In this document: piece by piece, positions 26,953 through 39,100 of the stretch
Layout: each line of letters starts with the position of its first letter
How positions within the stretch are numbered: the stretch's first letter is position 1
Origin: Tubulanus polymorphus
Lineage: Eukaryota; Animalia; Nemertea
Direction of reading: 5' to 3'
DNA length: 64,000 bases
Assembly (NCBI RefSeq): GCF_964204645.1
Contig: NC_134031.1
Coordinates: forward strand, 4,836,001 to 4,900,000
The notes under the pieces: model-generated
The model's database searches: none
What the model saw: only the letters and a program-made list of their open reading frames with translations
What the model was told of the DNA's origin: nothing
Program-made: the position numbers and the translations under genes

Positions 26953-27063
26953 GGACCCAGTTCCACAGTTCTGAGTTAAGATTTGACTCACGAGTTAACT
27001 CATCGAAAATGAACTGATTTTTAAACAGAGTTTACTCTAACTCTTTACTGTGGAACCGGATCC
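26953..27063. mobile_element. ~110-bp MITE family C
   Basis: TIR ggacccagttccacag...ctgtggaaccggatcc; homologous to 62489-62597 and 14690-14770. Confidence 0.85.
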
Positions 27064-27104
27064 TACCTGACGATGATCTTTAGGGTGAGATCGAAACGTC
27101 GTGT
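27064..27104 (+). ncRNA. Minimal type I hammerhead ribozyme, Penelope-like element type
   Basis: CTGACGA (27067-27073), one extra T, stem II GATCT/AGATC with 8-nt loop, GAAA (27093-27096), palindromic ACGT stem III, GTC cleavage triplet ending 27100, and stem I TAC/GTG. AATAAA follows at 27125. Confidence 0.7.
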
Positions 27105-30100
27105 CTTATTTATATTTTAGATTGAATAAATAAATTCTTGTTTTTAATTCTTTTAATCTGTAGATAGTGGGTTTTTATCTTATTATCGGATCCTACATAT
27201 TTTCGTTGAGAAAATTGTGGCAATTTCTTCAACCAGGTATTTGTTATTTTTTAAATTCAGTTCATATAAGGGCATATTCACATATTTTTGATATAGTCTA
27301 TTTCTCATTCAATTCATGATTGAATGTTAATAATCTTCACGCATTATTTGAAAGTTTGAATATCTATTACTCAATTCTGAATTAACCTGTATTTGAGGGG
27401 ATGTTGAGAGGTTCTAGATACACCTGACGATGGACCAATAAAACTTTGACAGGTGGAATTTTATTCAGGTTTCATTCAACATCCACTAGCGATACCATCA
27501 TTTCTTTACTTGGGCAGGTTTTTTAAGAGTGCTCAAAGCCCTTATATTTATGATACGCACCTGAACCAGGTCAAAACGTCCGAGTGACTCAATAATCGCG
27601 AAAAAATGCTATAGCTATACCTTAGTATATTGTATTCGTCATAATTGTGTTGTGTTGGCAAATCGAGGGAACATAAAGTTCAATAGTTGAACTTGAAGCT
27701 CTCGTTGCCAGTGAATTTTTGAAATTTAGATTTTCGAGGACTCATCGAAGAATAGTCAATGTCACCCGGTCATATCAACTATAGCATACCCTAGTTCTGG
27801 CTTGGAAGATGGGCAATAGATGATGTCCAACTGAAAGCAACATTTTTACCTTCCATTTTTTTCTTAAATTTGAAGTATTCGTGATGGTGTATAGTAATGT
27901 GTGTCAAGAATCTTCGAATGTTGAGCCAGAGAAAAAGTCCATAGTCAACGTATAAAATGACACGCCATAAGACCACTTGAATTTGTCACAAGTTTTGTTA
28001 TTGTGATATAGATATAAAAGTGAAATAACAAGGTTTCTGTGACATAAACATCACTCTCTCTGTTACCCTTCGCTTGCGTGAAGTTCTTCCGGGACGTTTA
28101 TAGTCTGGGGTAAGTTAATCATTCAATCTTACCTTCTTTCCTAATTATGAAAAAAATCTCTTCCGGTATTCGAGTCCCTGTTTCCGCTACGTCAGTATCA
28201 AGTATAGTGTTGTATTCTATTCTTTCCCTCGCATTTCTTGGAGGACACATGTGAAGCCCCTAAAGTTTTCCTTTAGATCGAGTAGCGCTTCATTTAGAAT
28301 GTTTGAACTTTAGAATGTATTCAGTTCGCTGTCGAAGCGGTTGTTGGGCATAATTTCAATTAATACCAAAATATCGTGCCACGAGTTTCAGACCAGGTAT
28401 TTTGAACTTTAAAATCATTCTGCAAAACCGGTCCCGCAAGACCTCTAGATTATTTAGTTTTAGATATTCGTTAGGTCCATGCTCGTGAAGGAGGCTATGA
28501 GTTTGTGTTAGTATGCAAAATGAGATCTATTAGGTCGACCGCTACTTGTAATTACACTAACTGATTATAAACATAAGATAATAAAATATTTCGTCGAATT
28601 TCCAAACACATTGGAAAGTGCAGGAGGAAGTCGGGTACATCCTCCGATATCACAGTGTGCACGGCTTACAATCGAGAATTGATATTTCATTCAATTTCTC
28701 CGGCTACACAAAACTCCCCTCGATTGTTCAAGATGAACGGATCCGAAGTCTAGGACTAATTTATTCGAACTCGCATACCTAATTTGAACTTCCTACGTCG
28801 TAATTAACTCAGGTCTCAAGGTTAATCGACTACACTAAAAATCCCCGGGGAATTAAATCACCATCTCAGACATCTTATTACTCGCTAATTTATAACAATT
28901 AACTCACTTTTGAATCCGTGATTCGCACCTTTAAAATACATGATGATAACCTTGAGAATTGGGCCCGAGTCAATGTCGCAAGCGAATCCAGGCTGAAGGG
29001 TATCATCAGCTACCATACGAAGGCCAATATACCATATAAATTGTATGAAAGAAATAAGACAATCTTATTGCTCTCCTCTATTTCCATAGTATGTTACGAT
29101 GGCTGATTCGGGCCACGTAAAAACAAAAAGAAATTCCAGGTGCAATACTACACTACGCTTTTGATTTTTGTGAGATTTCCCTCGCATAGGGTTGCTTGGT
29201 TTGGTCGAACTAAAGTATAGATACTAAGTGTAAAAAAAGCTCTCTTTACTACTTACTAAATGGTCTTTTAAAATTCGTCATTTCTTTGAGAACGGTGGTC
29301 GGTATTCCAATGCTTATACCTAACACTACAGGGTTTGAGTACAAAACTGGCAAAATTGTGTACTACGTATGGTATACTTATAAAGAAATCTAATTCGTAC
29401 GTATTCTACCTGATGAGATTTTCTTCCTGTCATGGAATGCAATCCAAATTTCACACCGAGCATAATTAATAAGCCATGCGAATTTGTTGCAAACATTTCG
29501 AGCTCAATTGATGTGTGTATTGTTGCAGAAGTTGTTGAACACGAGGACAAGTCGATTGAATGAAAATAACCCGGCTCCTCGCGTATCTAAATCTTATGAT
29601 TGATTTCTGACTGTAAGATTCGACCTCCGGGCTTTAATTCCTCATTAATGACTATTATGCAAACATAAAGGCCTTCTTCAACATTCTCGAGTTCCTTCTT
29701 CCTGTTTTGAAGTGGCGTGGACGAAACTCTGAACTTCTGCTAGGCTAATTCTTCTTTAAGTAATCATATTCGAGGATGATAATAATATGAAGAAACGTCA
29801 GATCGACTAAAACAATACAATTTCCAAAGTTTTGTTATTTATATATAAGTTGATGTCATTGCCTTATCCGCTTATCCGGGAGGTAGGTGACATAATATGG
29901 ACATAATGACATAATATGACTAGACGCGCTAGATAAGATAAGATGCTTTAGCAAGATCATTTGATTACTCTTCGACCACTTCCGTGGTATGTGAAGGGAA
30001 AATATTTTCTTTTTGAATATAAAAATTACCAGAGGAGACCAGAGAAAGGAGAAAAATACGCGAATTCAGATTTTCAATCATTTCGCGCCATTCTTTGACA

Positions 30101-33100
30101 CTGCGCCATCTTCTGGTAAATTTAAAAACTAAGTGTCATGAGCCGAGTGTGCTGCCATCTAACAATAGCAGACCGAACTAATATAATCAAAACGCGAATG
30201 TCGTATAATTTTATCTGGTGATTACAAGATTACAAGATTCTACCCAGATTTCTCCTTCAGTTTTTAAGTGCACCCGACCCCACTTTCATAGCGCTACATG
30301 ATTCCGTGATCAAGCGATCATTTTCAATTAAATAAAAGCAACATATAGAAAGACTGTCAGTTTTTATTCTTCAATATGTCAGAATTTTCTTTTAAGTTTT
30401 CACGATATTAATTTGGTAATCCTTAGATACAAACCTGTCTAGATACACACAATAATAAAAGTATGTTTGCTCATGAGATCGTTATAAGCTGTTCCTAAAT
30501 ATTCCATCTCATTTTAATCTTGACGAACACTCGACATTATAGTTTATGTCTATATGACCAGCATGTGATTCTGAATATTGGCAAAGATTAGGAAGATTGA
30601 CTTCGCGTTGTTGCTATCAGCATCAATATTGATGAATCCATCCCTTTCGTATATACGCTGTCCTTCCGCTATTAATTGAAGACCTCCCGCTGAAAGAAGA
30701 TATGAAAATATTTTTTATGTCAATACCGATAGAATCCCTGTGGATTTTTGATCTATTCAGGGATCTTTGTAATACGGTTATAATTGATGCATCATTATTT
30801 TGTGAAATATCATTTGTGGAATACCCTTGACCTGCATTATTTTCGGATCATCCAAGGGAACTTAGAACTAAAAGTGGCCTCAGAAGATCTCTGCCATTTT
30901 GAAAAATAGTCTAATTAGTCATTGAGAAACGAATATTTCCTTTCAATATGTTACAAATGTTCGAAATACCAGCTGCGCGCAAGTCACACTAATATGCAAG
31001 CATGAGCCCTTGTTTAGAGGTTTAGAAGAATTGATCTTGTGTTACATTGATTTGATTTCATAAAGTTAAATAATCTATTCGCCAGATCGATCGCCTGATC
31101 GAAAACTCACTCAATCGTCAATTCTAACATGTTAACATTCTCCGAAGATATTGACTAAAAATGTATGAAACATATACAACATTATTTTGAGGGCCATTTG
31201 TGGCATAGCTGACCACAAGTGGGGCAAAAAATCTGCACTGCCTGATCTGTGTTTTCCGGTTTCTTCTGGTGATAAAAAGAATGAGATTTCTCAGAATGAG
31301 TCGACGGGGCTAGACCGGGCATTGTGAGGTGTTCTAGATATCATTTAGCCGTCAAATGAATGTACCGGTACGTAATAGTTCATTTTTATGAATGATGGGT
31401 TTCCATTCAGACGCAGAAGATTGCACTTAGACTTTTTGAGAATCATTCGAAAATGTATTCGATGCGCTACAGAACAGGGGGTGTACACTATCGGTAGGAG
31501 ATCGTTACTATTACTAGGGTTACCTATTCAAGCAGTGATCATTAAGGGTTGTACCCGGGAATATGCTGATCTTACACTCTAAAGACATTTGACAAAATCC
31601 ATCGTAAAACTTCAAAATGTTTGGGCACTTATTTTAGAAACATCATTGAATATAGAAGTAAGTGTATATTGAAAATTAACCCTGAGGATGAAAGCAGCAT
31701 TCTTGCCTACCATCTTGAGATCATCACTTGGTTTGGGAATTCGGGATAAATTTAGGCACAAATTAATTATCGCCAAAGGCCGAACTCGAGTACTTGTTGT
31801 TTCCGTAAATACGAATGATTTTATTCCGACCTTTGGGAAAGTCTTCAAGATTGAAATATCGGGGGCTTCCTCCTTAAGACCCCCTTTAAGATGGGATTAC
31901 GCACAGATGACACATGGCAGGTGAATTCGAATAACCTGTTCATCATTACTTCCCTCCGTTGTCAATCACAATGTAATAAGACAGGTACTTATTACCAACG
32001 TGAATGTAAGTTTGAGGCTGGCGGATTGATTTCAATTGTCTCATTCAAGATACAATATTGCACATCAATCGTTTCTAGTCGCTCCCGTGTAATCTGCTAA
32101 ACCGCGTGATCGAATTGTTTTGTGAGGCAGAAAATTCAATTATTGCATCTCAAATCGAACAAAGTTAGAAAGTGAACATCCTCTTAATTGAACATCGTGC
32201 TACTAGGCAGATTTTAGAAATTAATCTTTCGACCGAGAATGGATGGAACCGAGAAATTCAAAAATTGAACCAATCGTTTCATAGGTGAATGTGGAGTCAA
32301 AAATACAGTGTAAATACGATACTTATATTTCATATATGTTTAGATGTGACAGATATGCCGGTTATGATAATAGTAATATATAATTTTCAAATCTCAGAGA
32401 AAATCTTTGAGACAGTTTAGAAGGATTTGTAGGAAGATCTGGGATGCTATGGAGCATATACGTATAACGGAAGAGTTTATCTTTGTCATTTTGAAGGACA
32501 TTGACCTTTTAGATACTCTTATACTCTGTCCGGGTATAGATGGTCATGGTGGTCTTGACCCTTGGCCCTTGATGATAAATTAGGGATAGTGGGACCTGTC
32601 CAACGAATCATTGGGTCACAATAAGAAATGACATACTTCTTCCGTGTCATAAAAAGTAGCGGTCAAACAGGTGAATACATGGGACAAATCTTCATGGATT
32701 AGTGACCAGTTTAAAAAATACAAATAAACGACATTAGAGTAGCATACTATAGCGGTATCTTTCTGTCTCGAAAATTTGGTTTAAGTAGTAGGATTAAAGA
32801 ATCTTATTTAAACCCATTTGCATGAGTTCCAAATATCTATCAATCCTTCAAGTAATGGATGAAATGGTGATGGCGATAACGGTTGTGTATATTTTAATGA
32901 AATTACATTGAAAAGTGTCACTAAATTTTCAAAATATTGGCTTTTTGCACCTAAAGTTCTGCTCATTGGGACCTTGCTTTCAAAATCTGAAAGATGTTGA
33001 ATAGCATTTCAGTTAATTATGCCCAGCAGCAAAGCGTAATCATTGAATGAAAATTCAGTGTCTTGGAAATTGACATAATCAGGAATTAGAGAGAGTGGTC

Positions 33101-36100
33101 AATTGAGCTGTTTACACTTCGTTTATAAGTGTCCGTCTTCATAATTGGTGATGCAACATTTTTGAAAAGCAAATCTTTGACGAATTCCAAGGTGAAATCC
33201 TGATTTCGATTTTGCGTTAGCGTTGATAGTAGAGGGATGGGTTTTATCAGTCTTATCAAGTGTCGTCCCGTCGGTGTATTCAAGAATCCACTTCAGACTG
33301 AATATAGAATTTGTCTGAGATAAGTTAATCAGGGCGAACTGATAGATTTTCGTATTAAAATGTAGAGTATCTCATTTTCGATAGTACCTTATCTCTGCAG
33401 GAAGGAAATGGGCATTTGGAGTAAAATTCATGAATGTGGATGCCGAGTCCGCAGAGAGAAATTTAAGTTTTGATTTTAGAGAAAATCCATACTCTACATA
33501 TAATTTCTGACATTTTATTGGAAGCCGGTGGTTCATTCATTCACCAGACTCGTTCATTCATAAACTGGGCGGTCTAGATTTATGAATGACTTATCTGTCT
33601 CTCTGCCCGTTGAAGAAACAGGTGAATAGAGCCGTCCTATTCTTCGGCGCATCAGAGATGGAGGCTCTCACCCGGCAACAAGAGCAGGTACTATTGTTCC
33701 CGGGCTTCTACTCCGGCGAAGTCTCCGCACCTTGTTAACTGATTTGTCCGTCACGGTGAACACTGTGGCTTCTTAACTCGATTATCCAAGTCGATGGACG
33801 ACGAAGAAAACTGATTTGTTGATTTCTAATGAGACTATATTGCATAATACGGCTATTGTGGAAGTATATTAGACGAACAGTGCAAATATTTTCGAGCAAT
33901 TACATCGCAGATATTGTCAAGTGAGCAATTGCGAATGTGGATTCCGATTGGATTCTAATTGGGGAACTTTATGTGAAATTAGTTCCAATAAACAAGACAC
34001 CTGTACATCATAGCTGAAAGCTATTTGGATATGAAATCATGTGATCTCTTATAATTAGTTATGGACACTTAGAAACAAGATGTTATTATTGCTCGAAAAT
34101 GATCTTCTGACACATTTGTATCGAGTTATTGCTTGGACATGGCTGTGGTTCTAGAATAACACTATAACCGAGGTAAGCGTCTGTCTTACAAATCAGTTTC
34201 GCAGTATTTTAGACATTTTTGAAAACCTAGTTAGCGAAATTTTTGTTCATTCTTAGATTTTTTTAAATTTTTGAAACATTTTAATTCATCACTTGAAAAT
34301 GCAAAATCTTTTTCTAAAGAATTATCGTAGTTTCCTGTAATTTTAAATAAGAATCTAGACAAATGAAACAAAAGTACAGGTAACCAAAGATTAAGCTTCC
34401 GCACCAAGGCTTACCGATGACAAGGGTATTGGTTTACATTCATATCGGTATTCTTATTTATTTGTGTGCAGTCAGCCGGAGCAGGGGAGGTGTTTGCAGT
34501 TACAGCACTATCTCAGTAACAACGCTTCTGATGTTGTCTTTGATATCTTGTCATAACAATGTCCTATACAGGCTGCGAGTAATAGCCGAAGAGCCGAAAC
34601 TTGAAATTTACACCGGGCTTTGAGAGAACGATTAAGAAATGTTGCTTACGAACCGAATTGAAGGAACTGAAACTGGCTTGATATGATATTTCTTTGATAA
34701 GAAAACAAGAAGCATGTCGCTCTTTAGTTCTAACTTAGTCCTAAAACAGTTCGAATTTGAGTGCAGTTTAGCGATTTGGAATTATTCATATATTTATCTC
34801 TATAACTCACCCCGTGTCCAGAATGATTCCTCTGAAAGTCTAGGTGATTTTAGGAAGTGTAACACACTGAAAAGCCATTCTGTCCTGATGATACATAAGT
34901 ACTTACATTGAATGAATTTCTCGAAGAAAAATCGGTAATATCTTGTACAAATTTTTTCATGGGAGTTAAGATGATGAACATCTTTAGTTTATCTTGAGAA
35001 TATTATTCCACATGGGAACAAGGGCAGCCTGGGCAGGTGGATGAAGGTGCAAGCGAGACCATGCATGTGCATGCTTCTATACTCAAAACAGATTAATCCG
35101 GTGGATTCAATGGAAAACTAATGATCGAAACCATCTTCCACTTGTTTGTAAAATCACCACAAGTACATGATCACCCATTGCCAGATTGATGTTTAAATCA
35201 GCTGGATTGCATAGTGTTCATCGAACAATACAGGCATATTAACAATATTTTTAATTTTCATCGAAAATTACACCGAAAGATCCAAAGAATTGTACGAAAA
35301 ATACAATGAAAGAGATTCTTTATATGAATCAAATAAAAAACTAGACTTTTTTATGGTAGTGTATTTATCCTATGATATGTTGATGGTGTGACCTAATATA
35401 CCTCGACATATGGGGGATTGGTCTTTACCTGTATTTTTATCATTTTTGCATGGAACCTATACATTATCATTCTACCTGATATAATAGACCTCTTTTTTTG
35501 TACGTCGGAAATGCCGCCGTTTTTTACGTGTATAAAAGGATGTCATTATTCTATAGTCGATCAACCTGTTGCATTATATGATATTGAAGTTGATTGTACT
35601 CGACTGAGATGCTGTCTTAAATTGGTTTTGTCGAGCAGTTCGGCTCGTCGTCGGAGCCTGGATGCTGTGCGTGACCTGCGTATCTTTTATAATCTTTTTA
35701 TTTACCACCTGTTTCGGTTTTATTTTCAAAGATGAATTCATCATCTTCTCGGTGATCCCGTCCGATCTCCCGTATCGAGCGAAGAGGCGGGAGTACAATA
35801 TATTTAATAGCGGGCTGTCTCGGGGGGCATTGAAATGAATTGAATCGCAGGTTGATCCGATGAAAAGAAGTAGCGGAATTCTCATCGTGTAAACCACCTG
35901 TTCTGGGAGAATATATTATGTGTATTTTTTGAAATGAAGATACGGTCTCTCGATGCATCCAGGGTCGAGCAATCATAGAGAGACACAATTTAGTCACTAA
36001 ATCAGAATCATGTCAGTGCGAAGGCGTTGCCTATGGTGACATCCTAAAAGGGTAATATCTTCGACTAATTCAGATGATTACTCCAAGATAATACGAACTG

Positions 36101-39100
36101 ATATTTCAATACCATCTCCCTTAGTTATCACCTGCTATCTGACTGGATGGCTTTGGTAGGGATTATCTCTGCTCTTGGGATGGGTGTATTCTGGCCAATG
36201 TTTGAACAGGCTTTAGAAATTCTTTTGACAAGATTCATAAATCTGTGTCTTATGTTATCTTATCTTAGAGCTAGATTATAAGCGCTGTGTATATTAAAAA
36301 CAAAGTTGATTGCCATTTGATCACAGTTGTACGAGCAAAATGTAGACACGAACAATGCCCGAAAACTGATTAAATCATGGAAGACGATGGATTCCATGGC
36401 AAAAACAGAGGTACGGAATTAAGTTATTTTGATAGTTGGTCGATGTGCTTGGTAACCGTCGAATTTGATATTATAATAATAAAATGATTAGTGATTAAAC
36501 AGATAGTTGATCATTTTGGTGGCCATATGGCAACTAGCAGTTATCTAGCTGTCTACCTGTTAGTAACAGACAGTTAGAAGCCCGCAAATTACCCTCAATT
36601 TTTACACCCTCCATTCATAACTAATTATACGGCTCATTACATTCATAAATATTCCCCTTTGTCTAAGGCAATTACGCCTTTATTCCCTCGTTTAAACTAG
36701 GACAGTTTACTACCGTAGACGGTGCCACTTCATTGGTATAAGTGCGAGGTTGCCTGCTGTTCCGATGATTTCGGTGATTAGAAAATAGATGCCAAATAAT
36801 TTGGGAACCGGTGAAAAGTATTATAATATAAGTAAGCATATGTCGAGGTCAAAACCACTGCTACTGTGGATACTGTAGGTCAGTTGAAGTTCGAATCAAC
36901 ACGTGGCTGATCTAGTCGTATATACGTGCGTTCCATCAGTGGATGCAGGTCACGCTTTTCTTGGATATTCTTGCGATGATTTTCAACATTGAAGTATTGA
37001 GGTGAGGCTTTTTTGTGTAATCATATCACCATGAAGGCAGGGATTTTTGTTTCTTTACAATTGTTTCTAAGTGGTTGGACACATTATGTGTACCGGACCA
37101 GGCTCGTATCAAGAGTTGTCAGGTTGTAGGTCTAGCCCTAGGTACTGTAAAAACGAGTATCTGTTTGCAAAAATGAAATGGTTTGTCCAGTACTATTTGG
37201 ATCTGACACTTGTATTCAGCACCTTAATGTAATCATTGTCTTAAGAAAAGCATTTGAAATCTTAAGAGTATGTCACTCATATTATTAGGTCAAAGTTAGA
37301 TTAGGGCAATCGAACAGTTATATCGTTGTGCATAAAATGGTGCTGGATGTTTATTTTCATCAGCAAATAACTCAGATTGACATGATCGCAAATTCAAAGT
37401 CTCTTCCAAGTACTCAATAGTTCTTGGATAGTTCTTCGTTTTTCCATTGAAACGTATATTTCAAAAATAGTCATTCATTGTTTCAAAGTCATGTTTTCTA
37501 GTCAGCTGTCACTTCATATTCCACCATAGACAGTTGGCCTATAAAAAATCGCAGACGTGCCATAAAAACTCCCAAGCTTTTTTAATGAACCTGGCGTTTT
37601 ATAATACCCCTTTTGTGATCAGATTCACGAATACAAGACTACATATATTGCAGGTTTGTGGGGATTCAAAAGGGAAGTTTCAGTTCGATTGACAGGAAAC
37701 TGGTATAATAATTATTGCATGGTTGGATTGAGCTAATTGCTATGTATTGAACAAACAATAAATGGCAAGTTGAAATCTGTGAAATGTTCTAAATCCTTGA
37801 TTCAATCAAATTTTCACGAATGTAATCCCTAAATTGCATGTTTTAAGGTATCAGTTCACAGATTTTAGATCAAATTATCGAATAATTTGTAAGTTTGAAA
37901 TAACCTGCGTAGATAGCATATATGATAATACAATGCTTCTTTCATTTGACCTCTGATTGCTTTCTGAGGCCTTTACACAAATCTACATTGCGAATGCAAC
38001 TTAGTAAATAGGTTTCATAAATGATACAATCCCTCCTTTGTTTCTGAAAAATCCCTCGAACTTCTAATTCAGTTAAATCATATTCAATTTTAAGTTCGGA
38101 TTTCAATTTCCCATCGAAAATTTAAACCATCTCAGAAGTGGAGATGTTATATCACTACACCATCTTGAGTAGCCCATTAAGATTTAGTGTTCACAGTTCG
38201 AGTGTTATTCTTCACAAATTATGGGCAGGTGAATTGTGGAAACTTCATGAACGATATGCTTACATGGGAAGGGCTTCTGTGTTTTTAGTGAAAGAATTAT
38301 TATTATGATTGTCAAGTCCATGAGTTTATACAGAGACTGATGCTTCTGCAGATAAGGCAATAATTTCAATAATATCCTAAGGCAGTTTACATATGCAACC
38401 CGCAGTTGCTAGCATCATTTTCACCTATATATGGAAAGATGATGCTCAAGTGGGGTAATCATATTTTTATGATAAGGTCGAACAGGTATAACTTGCCACT
38501 GAGGTGAATGAGTATGTCCTGTGGCATGGTTGTACTGTTGCAAAATTGGATCTTATAATATTTTCTGTTATATTTATTAATATCTCTTGAAGAAAAAAAA
38601 AGCTATACTTTTTTCAGTCGAATGGTATGATATAAGCTTTCAATTATGTACAGTAAATGAAAATGAGCTCAATTGGTAGAGTTATTAAGTTTTATTCCAT
38701 TTTCTACATATTCCAAATTAGGACGTTTATATCAACCTGGGGAATTTCATGAGTTAAATCCTGACATGACAGATCTTTCTAGAAATCTAGCAAATGATCG
38801 CTCGACATGATAACAAACCGCAAACATATTCTCACGGGATTGAGTAGGGGATTGAGTAGGGGATCCACGGAGATTATCTAGATTGTTACCTACTTCAGTT
38901 GGTTGAATAATCTGGTTTATAAATTACTCCACACTTTGAAGAGGCTCAGTGTTATCCATCTCATCTGCCAGCAGGTTCTGCCCCTCTGATCTCGAGTCTT
39001 TTGTGCGAATTAGTTCAGTTATCCAATTACGCTATTCAAAGCTATTCTACTAAGTTTTAATTTGTTAAAATAGATTTTGAATCGAGTGGTGTAAAGTTTT

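Noticed and set aside
27420-27580. Second hammerhead-like half (CTGACGATGGACC ... GGTCAAAACGTC)
   Set aside because: The GAAA core is mutated, the halves are ~135 nt apart and stem I is unconvincing; at most a decayed copy.
33086-33283. KPIPLLSTL resembling the LINE RT motif RPISLLSTL
   Set aside because: A single short motif without supporting neighbours.
38835-38863. Short direct repeats (also near 670, 1571, 5654, 29889, 46571, 48645, 55991) as CRISPR-like arrays
   Set aside because: Only 2-3 copies with no unique spacers or cas genes; ordinary slippage duplications in eukaryotic DNA.
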